NCBI GenBank assembly: GCA_051294375.1
Contig: JBJCIZ010000327.1
Location: forward strand, 18,257-42,593
Length of the DNA: 24,337 bases
Reading direction: 5' to 3'
Origin: Paraspadella gotoi
Lineage: Eukaryota > Animalia > Chaetognatha
The first letter of the stretch is position 1; each line of letters opens with the position of its first letter. The notes under the pieces were generated by a model that was not told the origin of the DNA, made no database searches, and saw only the letters and a list, made by a program, of their open reading frames with translations. A program made the translations under genes and the position numbers. This document shows, piece by piece, positions 11,134 to 20,536 of this stretch.

Positions 11134-13569
11134 TTAAAAAACCGAAAAGATGCAGATCAAAAGACAAAGATTGCTTCTCAGCAAAAAAGACGCAGGGATG
11201 ATTCGCCGCAAAGACGCGGGATGATTCATTTCGGAGATAAATGCTTGATCTGGCATTCTTTATGAACTGGGTCCATGTAATTGTTTTATATTATTTGATA
11301 ACAGCTTTGTTTTTTTTATTGTCCATTTTAATCAACTGTTCAATAAGCTTTTACCGTTTTTTGTTTACTTAATAAGGGCTACTTTAGTCCAGTTACTGAG
11401 CAAGATTGTAAATTCCAAAAGTAATTAAATATCATTGATGGTCATGATAATATTTAATTACAATTACAAATATTTTAAAAAACATTAGCAAAGTTAACAT
11501 CAAATTTATTTGGCCAAATGTCACTTATAGTTTGACATTTGTCAAACACAAGTCTCAGAAAAAACGCCTTCGGGAATTTTGCGCACCTCTGTGGAGCCTT
11601 TCGGCGAGCCACCGGTTGCTTCGTCAGAACTTCCAGGGCATCTCCTTATTGCTCAGACTTGTTTAGATCATGTATTAAAATGGTAAGTAAGAAAAAAATA
11701 GAAAACGATAGTAAGAAGGTAAGGTCAGTTAAAGTCAGTAGCTTACCTTGGTTAAATGTCAAGTTAAGACTTGATTAAGGTCAGTATCCTTGTGCGGTCC
11801 GTTATTGATAAATTAGGACTAAAGAGGCACTGGTGATGAATGAAAGTGGCAAATGATCAAAGAGGTCGCCACGGAAGTTGTTGTCATTTAATTGTAAAGC
11901 AATTTGGGCTAACCCTGGTGGGCGAAAGTAAAATTAACCCCAATTGGTATTAAATTATCAATCAAATCACTTATCTAAGTTTTTTATTAGTAATCAATAA
12001 TCACTTTATTCTTTTATGAATTTGTTTCCCTATACCCAATATTTCTTCTCCGTATTCAGCTCCGTAATTTTCCGTTTATTTCTAATTGGCCCGGAAGAGG
12101 ATTTCGCTTTACCGTTGATTCAGCTCGGACTAAGGAATTAGTAACTACGTAAGTTCAATCTTATGTTAACCACTTTTTTGCTCGTTGAAGGCGGCGAAAA
12201 GTTGATCCTCGAAGGCGCTATTTTTTCGTCGTTTTTGCCATAATTTTGACGCGTGCACCGATTTTAATGAATTTTATTTCGGTAAATCTAGACGTAATTC
12301 CACGTCGATCGGTACAAATTTATCGAATCGAGCCACGAGGAAAAAAAGACATGTTTTCTCTATGTTATGCTAAAGATTTTTTAAAATGCATGATTTTTTT
12401 TAATTACATATACAAAAGCAGCAAAAATATTGTTAACTCTCTTAATCTTTTTCATCACTCCACACTAACTACTATACATGATCTAAAAACATAAGTTTCC
12501 CCTTTGACACTATAAATAATCATTCCTACAGCATATAAAATGACGTAATGACACTAACGATGTCGTGACCTTATAAAAAATTCAAAGACATACAGCACAG
12601 AGAATGGCGTTATAACGATATTGACACTATAAATTAATAAAAATGTCGCAATAATGATGACCGTGACCCAATAAAAAAATGTTATTGCTATTGCTATACT
12701 GAAAATGATATAACACAAAAAAGACTTATCGACTGATGTTGACCATGATGCAAACAAAATAAACAAACCAAACATAATAAGTCACTCGAAAAGACATACT
12801 ACATACTAAACATAAATGACATATGAATCTAAAGGACAAATGATTTAAAAAAATGATAAGTATGACTTTGATATAATTGACTTGGGTAAATTGACTAACG
12901 TAAAAAGAATAAATAACCATCACCAATGACCAACTAACCATGACATAAATTTGATGTAAAGTTTAATAAACTGAAAGTGGTCATAATTTAAAGTAAACTA
13001 AAAGATAAGCGAATATATTATAAAATAAACTAAAAGGTGTAATAATAAGTGGCATAAATAAGTAATATAATTTAGATAAATAACCTAAAATGATGCCACT
13101 TGTCTTAAAATACGTTAATGTTAAATGTATAGGTTAGAGTTATAAGGTTGTAAGGTTGCCTAAGTTATAATAAATAATAATAATAACGACAAGTTAATAA
13201 CAATTTTGAAAATAATGTTATGTTACACTTTAAAGACTTTTCTTATTTAAGTTTACGAAATTTTGTTAACTAAGTTTATATTTGTCACCAACATTTAAAT
13301 CTATTATTTTACGTATACTTATTTAATATCAATTGTAAATGTGTCACTATGAAGCAATTCAAGCTTAATTTTAAAGGAAAAAATATTTTACCATGTTCAC
13401 CGCTTAACATTTAGATTATGCAAAAATTGCAAATTATAATTTGGATTTGATTTCAAATCTATACTGGAACAAACAAGAGACAACGTTTTAATAAATCTTT
13501 TTTTCCTTCTGAAAAAATTAATATTATTTTTTTCATTTTTATAAATTTTATTATTTCCAAAATTTTCTT

Positions 13570-13770
13570 GGAGCGGAGTTGGACCTTTTTTTGCCTGCTC
13601 CGACTCCAGCTCCAGCTCCGGCCAAGATAGAATCTCAGCTCCAGCTCCAGCTCCGCTCCGGTAAAGAAAATAAATTCAGCTCCAGCTCCAGCCTCCAGCT
13701 CCAGCTCCGGCCAAATATGCCAGCTCGGCAGCTCTCCGACTCCAGCTCCAGCTCCAGCTCCACATCCCTG
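13570..13770. mobile_element. One end of a non-autonomous hAT-like element with a (CAGCTC)n array
   Basis: Many CAGCTC/CGACTC hexamers ending in CACATCCCTG. Second copy of 1720-1876 with different flanks. Confidence 0.7.
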
Positions 13771-14160
13771 CTGGAGACAAGGCGGCCCAATTTCCCATTG
13801 CCCATGGTCTGTTTGCTGAAATTGCTATGAGCTTTGAGACTGGATGATGTAGGACGGAGTGCGGCGGACATTTTTTTTGGTGTGTTTTCAATTTTCAGTT
13901 ATCAATCGCCGCATAATACTTTAATTAAATTAAATTTTAAAAACTTCACTATAACTCGTATTTTTCGATGAGATAGTGTTTTAAAAATAAAATTCTAATT
14001 AATGCACGCTAGGTTTCTATGAAAAGGTTTCTCTTTTAAAGGTAAGAGGTAAGCGTAGAATATTCGCGATTTGCGTCTAAATTTCGTTTCTAAAATTTTC
14101 CCCTACAATTTTCTATTACAGAATCCAATTTAAATTTGGTTTGAATTACTTTTTTTTACG

Positions 14161-14576
14161 ATGGAATCTACGGACGAAAAGGAAACTTCTTCCATGGGTA
14201 GGAAACACTAGTTTGACGGAATTTATTTTAAATTTTTAACAATTAAATTATTTTGTTAGCGAACGACATGGATTCATCGTCCCCATTCACAAAACCTTTT
14301 CCCACGGAAACTCCCTACGTTTATGTCCACGGTATGCAGAGTTATTTGTGTATGTGTGATGTGTGTGTGGACGAACATCATGATGAAATTAGAAAGAGTT
14401 CTTTTTTTTTTATCGTTCCTCGGTCAGTCCCTGGCGGCAAGAGACAAAACACGTGTCGCGATTGCAACCAGGACGAAGGCAATGAAGAAAATGATGATGA
14501 TGGCGGAGAAAAGGAACGAAAACATAAAGAGGAAAGAGGAAAAGACAATGACAAAAATGAAAAAGGCAAAGAGTGA
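14161..14576 (+). CDS. Candidate small intron-containing orphan gene with a charged C-terminus
   Basis: ATG exon 14161-14197 and a GT..AG 62-nt AT-rich intron (14198-14259) join in phase to the ORF ending at TGA 14576. An optional in-frame 96-nt intron spans 14332-14427. The product is 117 or 85 aa. No homologue recognised. Confidence 0.35.
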
Positions 14577-14696
14577 ATGTATGAGTGGTGGAATGAATGC
14601 TTAAGAATTTATTATTAAAAAAATCTTAAAAGTGTAGTGATCTCGCCAGACATTACTATCAAAGAAAATTAATGAAAAAATCTGGAGAAAAAAACG

Positions 14697-14890
14697 AATG
14701 ATTGATACGATAACGAATTATTGATGTAATAATAATTGATTTATGTAATAATAATTTATTATTGATGCCATGATAACCAAATGTTTGATGCGATGATAGT
14801 CATTCATTGATGTGATGATAATCATTCATTGATGCGATGATAATCATTCATTGATGCCATGATAGTCATTCATTCTGTCAGTCATTCAAT
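14697..14890. repeat. 22-bp minisatellite (TCATTCATTGATGCGATGATAA)
   Basis: tcattcatt occurs at 14800, 14822, 14844 and 14866, with degenerate units upstream. Confidence 0.9.
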
Positions 14891-14947
14891 GATAGTTCCC
14901 GTCCTCGGCACCGGAATGTGCCACCCTGATGAAACCTGTGCACTGGG

Positions 14948-15155
14948 GGTTAGGGTTAGGGTTAGAGTTGAGTTGGTAGTAGTTAGGGTTGAGTAGTTTA
15001 GGGTTAGGGTTGAGTTAAGTTAAGTTTTTTTTAGGCTTAATATTAATGTCAATTTTAGGGATAGGGTTAGGGAGGGTGTTGTTGATGACCAGGAGGCCCT
15101 CGTTAGGGTGAGGCTTAGGGAAGGTACTGGCGAGGGACATTAGGGATTAGGTAGG
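14948..15155 (+). repeat. Degenerate telomere-like (TTAGGG)n tract
   Basis: Multiple TTAGGG, TTGAG and TTAGG variants, all with the G-rich strand on +. Confidence 0.85.
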
Positions 15156-15311
15156 ACTAAGCTCTGACGAACAAAGCCAGAGGTTTTTTAATATATTCTT
15201 ATATCGGCCAAAGTAGAATGATGGCAATATTGTTAATATTAAGTTTTAATAAAATCCTACCATAAATATAGAAAATATTAACCAAAATCTTCGGAAAATC
15301 CACCCCTTCTT

Positions 15312-15844
15312 TGGAAGATTTTCGCCATAGAAGATTTTTCCTGAATCTGACTCCCGGTTGAAAACTCTTAGAATTCCGATCGTTAGCTCCTCTTTTACTT
15401 TTACTTTAAATAACAATTTCACCAAAATGGACTAATTCACTTTCCCATGATCGTATCATATCAAAATAACCAAATAAAATGTAAAGAAAAATTTTGAGAG
15501 CCCTTCAGACATATGGCTATCGGATTCCTGAATTTGAAGTTTATTGTAAAATCACAACATATGTTAAATGCATTGACATTGCATTGAAGCTGAGAAATCT
15601 TTTTATTTTATATAGAAAAATTGCGTCAAAAATATTTTCCCGAGCGGACCAGTCCATTTGAATCTGATGGTTTGATGTTAAAATGATGGTTATTTGTCAA
15701 GAGAAAAAAAATGCGAGCCCTTCAGATGCAACAGGATCGGAATCGAGTGTTTTTACATTTATTTTTTACCTAAAATTTTCCCAGGGACGTTTACATTGTT
15801 TGGTAGTCAGATTTCAGCGAAAATCTCCATTGAAAAAGTCTTCC
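15312..15844. mobile_element. Degenerate MITE-like segment with inverted repeats
   Basis: 15312-15351 (ggaagatttt..gatttttcctgaatctgact) is the approximate reverse complement of 15806-15844. The internal direct repeat gagcccttcaga..atcgga occurs near 15498 and 15715. Confidence 0.45.
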
Positions 15845-15875
15845 TAGATTTCTAAGAACGACGTAGACTCCTAGA

Positions 15876-16370
15876 TTAGGGTTGAGGCACGGAGATGTAC
15901 GGGAGGCCTGGGCCCGGTTTAGGGTTAGGGTTGGGAGAGAGGCCCGTGAGTTATATATCGAAGGCGATTAGGGTTAGGGTTGAGGTATGGAGATGTTAGG
16001 GAGGCCAGGCCTGGGTTAGGGGAGAGGCATGGAGTTGAACGGGAGGCTCGGTTTAGGGTTAGGGTTGGGAGAGGGCCCGTGGTTGATGCATCGAAGGCGG
16101 TTAGGGTTAGGGTTGAGGCACGGAGATGTATGGGAGGCCGGGCCTGGGTTAGGGTTAGGGGAGAGGCATGGAGTTGAACGGGAGGCTTGGTTTAGGGACA
16201 GGGTTGGGGAGGCGCCCGTGGTTGATGCATCGAAGGCGGTTAGGGTTAGGGTTGAGGGATGGAGATGTACGGGAGGCCCAAGGCCGGGTTTAGGGTTAGG
16301 GGAGAGGCACAGAGTTGAACGAGAGGTCTAATTTGGGTTAGGGTTGGGAGAGGAGCCCGTAGGTGATGTT
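15876..16370 (+). repeat. Composite TTAGGG-containing higher-order repeat (133-139-bp unit of three ~45-bp monomers)
   Basis: Monomers a (TTGAGGCACGGAGATGTACGGGAGGCC), b (GAGAGGCATGGAGTTGAACGGGAGGC) and c (TTGGGAGAGGGCCCGTGGTTGATGCATCGAAGGCG) each follow (TTAGGG)1-2. The order is a-c-a-b-c-a-b-c-a-b-c, with units starting at 15968, 16101 and 16240. Confidence 0.92.
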
Positions 16371-16415
16371 CACCCCCTTGTTAGCTGCGCTTTTCATTAT
16401 ATTCGTTACTTTTAT

Positions 16416-16490
16416 CACTGGCGAGGTCGCCAGTGGGGGGACTGGCGACATCGCCAAAGCCCTGGCGATATCGCCATGGCGAAGTCGCCA
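16416..16490. repeat. Four clustered palindromes TGGCGA-NN-TCGCCA
   Basis: Copies at 16419-16432, 16443-16456, 16463-16476 and 16477-16490, with spacers GG, CA, TA and AG. Confidence 0.9.
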
Positions 16491-16966
16491 ACCAACTCGA
16501 ACCAAGGATTTATTACAAACATTTTTTCGACCTTTCATTGATTTGCCATGGATTTATCTCTACAAAAATACAAATACATAGTGACAATTTTACAAGCGCC
16601 GGTAAAAATATGCTGTCATTTGCAAACCAATGGTTATTTCATTAATTTTTGAGTTGAGTAGAAAATACTAAAACTATTTATGTGTTAAAATTTTATATTG
16701 ATCAGTTAAGATATGCCTTGACAATGAGTGGAGAAAGTTGGCTTTCATTTTCCAACTCACTGTTTTTAACTTTTAGCACTTTTTTAAACAAAGTATTTAA
16801 TAAAATATTAATAATATTAATATCCTCAGAAAGCCCTTAAAAATATAAAGAGATTGATATACTTACGAAAGCTCTAACATAAAAATTAAGCTGCCCAGCC
16901 TTGGTTCAATTAAGAGTGTCAAAAGTGAATTATTTAAAATTTTAATCTTTTTTCAAAATATATGAC

Positions 16967-17213
16967 TGTGGATAAGGCGCTAAGTGGGCAGAAGATGACT
17001 ATCCGTAACTTCTATAACCCCCTTTAGTAGCCATGGAACGGGTCCTGGGCTTGGAACCAGGCTTGAGGGGTTGCCACGCCCCCAAGGCGGCTTACGGGCG
17101 TCCTCACGCTTCCCGCAGGGTAGGTACCAGGTTGGGATTGAACTGAGCCACCGGGTCAGGACTGAAGGTGTCATGCTTATAGGCGGGGTGAACCTAGGCA
17201 ATGCCCGACTACA
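16967..17213 (-). mobile_element. Solo LTR (subfamily B) with a 4-bp TSD (TGAC) and a 38-bp internal deletion
   Basis: TG..CA termini (TGTGG/CTACA), with TGAC at 16963-16966 and 17214-17217. The deletion between 17143 and 17144 removes the middle of the tRNA-like module. Confidence 0.8.
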
Positions 17214-17428
17214 TGACTAGTACCTACCTTTAGCTAGATACCTCATCTTCCCAGTGACGCCCAATCAGGCCTCTCCCCAAGGTTTAACCTTCCCAGGATT
17301 AAGTTTCCCTGCTCTACCGACTAACTGGCTAACCACCATGGAACGGGTCCTGGGCTTGGAACCAGGCTTGAGGGGTTGCCACGCCCCCAAGGCGGCTTAC
17401 GGCCGTCCTCACGCTTCCCGCAGGGTAG

Positions 17429-17500
17429 GTACCAGGTTGGGATTGAACCCGGTACCTAGTGGTCATGAGCTGATGGCTTTACTCAATGAGCCACCGGGTC
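17429..17500 (-). ncRNA. tRNA-like (Met-CAT-like) Pol III module inside the LTR; not a functional tRNA
   Basis: GACCCGG TG GCTC ATTGAGTA AAGC C ATCAG CTCATGA CCACT AGGTA CCGGG TTCAATC CCAAC CTGGTAC: 72 nt with exact cloverleaf spacing, A box and B box (GGTTCAATCC), but the anticodon and T stems are mismatched. TATAAG lies at -24. Confidence 0.75.
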
Positions 17501-17558
17501 AGGACTGAAGGTGTCATGCTTATAGGCGGGGTGAACCTAGGCAATGCCCGACTACATG

Positions 17559-17593
17559 CTCCCCAGATTGTAACCCACCCTGCACTGCTTCCA
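17559..17593 (-). promoter_or_regulatory. PBS-like (17593-17578) and short PPT-like (17564-17559) motifs of the TRIM
   Basis: A TGG-initiated tract directly abuts the 5' LTR. GGGGAG lies 2 nt before the TG of the 3' LTR. Confidence 0.6.
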
Positions 17594-17752
17594 GTGGATA
17601 AGGCGCTAAGTGGGCAGAAGATGACTAATCCGTAACTTCTATTAACCCCCCTTTAGTAGCCATGGAACGGGTACTGGGCTTGGAACCAGGCTTGAGGGGT
17701 TGCCACGCCCCCAGGCGGCTTACGGCCGTCCTCACGCTTCCCCGCAGGGTAG

Positions 17753-17823
17753 GTACCAGGTTGGGATTGAACCCGGTACCTAGTGGTCATGAGCTGATGG
17801 CTTTACTCATGAGCCACCGGGTC
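17753..17823 (-). ncRNA. Second tRNA-like module (5' LTR)
   Basis: Same as 17429-17500 with one base fewer in the D-loop. Confidence 0.72.
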
Positions 17824-17879
17824 AGGACTGAAGGTGTCATGCTTATAGGCGGGGTGAACCTAGGCAATGCCCGACTACA

Positions 17880-17980
17880 TGACTAGTACCTACCTTTAGC
17901 TAGATACCCATCTTCCCAGTGACGCCCAATCAAGGTCCCCAGGATTAAGTTTCCCTGCTCTACCGACTAACTGGCTAACC
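17880..17980 (+). repeat. Duplicate of flank 17214-17334
   Basis: tgactagtacctacctttagctagatac..ctaactggctaacc is repeated, with an indel of about 20 bp. Confidence 0.9.
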
Positions 17981-19184
17981 GACAAACCTCCCAACCCACC
18001 CTAATTTTTTTCTTCCTTCTTTCCTAATCTTAATTTTTTTCATACTAATTTTTTTTTCTTATTTTCCTCGCGCAAAAAAAAAAAATTCAACTAATATTTC
18101 ACAAAAAACTTCATCGCGTAAAAACGTTTGAAAAAAAAATTTGTTTCTTCAACTCAACAACAAAGGAACAAGACGAAAAAAAAGGGAACTTTGCCAATGC
18201 CCATCTCATAAATCAAACAGTAAGATCACTAACCCACCATTTTTCTTTTTAGCTAATCCGGGACATTTAGTGTTGTACTGTGACATATTGAAATCATAAT
18301 TTCATTTTTGTTGCAATAAAATGTAATGTATTTTCCCTAGTTTTCTTCCTCACTGTTTTACAATTTCCCTCAGTCTCTCTTACTTTATTTCCATTTCAAA
18401 CGGAATTGCCCCTATTAAATTTCCTTATTGACCATTCCTCTTACTTTATTATTTGTCTCTCTATTTCAAATATATTTTCCTAGTTTCATTAATTGGCTTC
18501 TCTTTCAACTTTTTCCTCACTGTTTCAATTCAATCTTATATTGCCTCATCATCCTACCCCGCACATTATTTCAGTTCTAATCTGTACTATTATTGTTTCA
18601 TTTTAACCCACTACTCCTTTTTCATAGTTCCACTATTATACGTCGCACAGTATTTCAATTTCTATCTCCCTTCTCAGTGATTTACTATTTCAACATCTAT
18701 TTAGATTCTTATTGCTACACAATTTTACCTCACCATTTCGAATTTTCTTTACTTTTTCAACGCACAATTTCGATCTTTTCTCTCTTTTTACTTAGCCTTT
18801 CATCCTTTACAACTTCTTTCCCCCCCTCTCTTTCACCGATGGATTCGAATCGTGCATTCTTTTACTAACCCTCCCCTCCTTGACCCGTGAGTCGATCCTC
18901 GATCCCAGCGTCTTTTTTTTTCGCGCATTTTCTTCATTTGCTCTTCTTCCTGGCCTCCTCTTCTCTCTTCCCTTTACGCTGCGCCTCTCTCTCCTCATCC
19001 CTTCCTCACTCGAGAAAACAGCTGCGCAGGGAGGAATGTCCTTGTCCATGGTCTGATCAAACGACGACCCTCCCACAAGCCCTGGCCCCTCACTGGTCCC
19101 CTCACTCGATGCTCAGTGCTCACCCTCTCTCTCTCCCATTTCGACTTCCAAACCAAAAAAAAAAAAAAAATCGTTGACCGCTCC

Positions 19185-19535
19185 TTCTCTTCTCTCTGAA
19201 CTTCGTCGTCACGTGATCTTGCTTCACTCGCCTCTCCCTTGCTTGAACGTTTCGTCTCTCTCTCTCTCTTTCCTTCTTCTCTCTCTCTCTCTCTCTGCTG
19301 GTCAAAATCTCTCTCTCTGGCTGCTGGCTGAACACTTCACGTCGTCACGTGACTAGGCATCGCTAGGAAACAAAAAAAAACCAGATCTGACTGAGCTCCC
19401 TCTCGCCGCTGAGTTTGCCCCCCCCTCTTCTCTCTCTCTCTCGCTCCCTTTCTCTCCCTCTCACTTTCACTCTCTCTCCCTTGCTCTCTCTCTCCCTCTC
19501 TCTCACATCTTCTCTCCCTCTCACTCCCTCTCCCC
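19185..19535. repeat. (CT)n-rich low-complexity region containing two GTCACGTGA motifs
   Basis: CT runs at 19253-19318 and 19425-19535; gtcacgtgat at 19208-19217 and gtcacgtgac at 19344-19353. Confidence 0.85.
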
Positions 19536-19567
19536 GTTTCTTCTTGGTTTCTTTGTCTTTTCTCAGA

Positions 19568-20224
19568 ATGGATACCATTCAATATGAGGATGAATACTCT
19601 CAATTTTATGAGGAAGCTCCCTGGACCGACGTTGTTTCCCAATCTATTTCAAACAAAGAAAACAGGTTTGAGAAATTAGAAAAGGTTCTACTAGACAAAA
19701 TAGTAGGCGTGTATGAGTCCAGAATAGATCAATGGGATACAAGATATTCACAACTTCGATCTTTGTACGACAAAAGAGGAGACGGACTTCTTGAGAGCAA
19801 ACAAAAGCTCTATGACATAACCCAAGAGCTAAAAGAAACTAAGGAGGAACTAGCAGGGATGAAAAACCAGAATGAAAAAATTTCACAAATTCAGTTTAAA
19901 CTTGACAAAGGAAAGAACAAACTTTGCAAAAAAGAACAGGAACTCTATGACATCAAGAGAGAGCTAAAGGAAAATAAAGAAAAACTTGCAGAAATGAGAA
20001 ACCAAAATGATAAAATTTCAAAAATTCAGTTGAAACTCGAAAAAAGAAACAAGGAACTTAGTGAAAAAGAACAAGAACTTTGCAACATAAAGCAAGAGCT
20101 AAAAGAAACAAAGGAAAAGGTCGCGCGAATGGAAATTGGAAATATAAAGGTCTCACAGTCACAAATAAAGCTGGATGTAAGAAAGATCATGGCAACTATA
20201 CAAAAAAGAAAGGATCTGAGCTGA
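19568..20224 (+). CDS. 218-aa coiled-coil protein with a 45-aa tandem repeat; probable N-terminal part of a gag-like gene
   Basis: ATG 19568 follows a polypyrimidine-CAG. 135-bp repeats start at 19802, 19937 and 20072 (Q(K/E)LYDI..ELKE.KE.LA.M.NQN.KIS.IQ.KL). The sequence is K/E/L/Q-rich. Confidence 0.6.
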   Translation: MDTIQYEDEYSQFYEEAPWTDVVSQSISNKENRFEKLEKVLLDKIVGVYESRIDQWDTRYSQLRSLYDKRGDGLLESKQKLYDITQELKETKEELAGMKNQNEKISQIQFKLDKGKNKLCKKEQELYDIKRELKENKEKLAEMRNQNDKISKIQLKLEKRNKELSEKEQELCNIKQELKETKEKVARMEIGNIKVSQSQIKLDVRKIMATIQKRKDLS

Positions 20225-20536
20225 CCTACAAACGAGCTGAAAGCAAGACAAAGAGTAACAGCAGCAGAATATCTCACCTTTGAATCGGCCCCGTCGCCTG
20301 TGTGCTTGCCCCAAAATGATAAGATAAGAAAGAGTTCACTACTGTCTCCGTCCTTCCTGCGCCTCTACTTCTAGCCGCCAAGTACTTAGAAGGATGGTTT
20401 CAAAGCGACCATCTCTCCATCACTACACTCGGGAAATAACCCCCAAAAGGAGAATGCCTGTATAAAGGAGAACCCAATCCCAGAGAAAACACAGCAAATT
20501 TTCGTTTTCCCAGCAAGCTCTAGAAACATCGGTAAC

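Larger units (their letters stand above)
17336..17879 (-). mobile_element. TRIM (non-autonomous LTR retrotransposon) with tRNA-like sequence in its LTRs, Helenus-like
   Basis: On the minus strand: 5' LTR 17879-17594 (TGTAGTC..TATCCAC), then a 37-bp internal region TGGAAGCAGTGCAGGG TGGGTTACAATCT GGGGAG CA, then a 3' LTR from 17556 (TGTAGTC..) truncated at 17336. Outer flank is TGAC at 17880-17883. Confidence 0.8.

Noticed and set aside
14925-14945. Hammerhead core CTGATGAAAC
   Set aside because: There is no room for stem II and no stems I/III.
15876-16370. CRISPR-like repeat/spacer pattern
   Set aside because: The apparent spacers recur cyclically (a-b-c), the context is eukaryotic and there are no cas genes.
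17429-17500. Functional tRNA-Met gene
   Set aside because: The anticodon and T stems are largely unpaired, and it is embedded in a repeated LTR.
17594-17879. RNase P/MRP RNA, SRP RNA or group I intron (caatgcccgactac resembles CR-V/P7 motifs)
   Set aside because: The complementary conserved regions are missing, and LTR hallmarks explain the sequence better.
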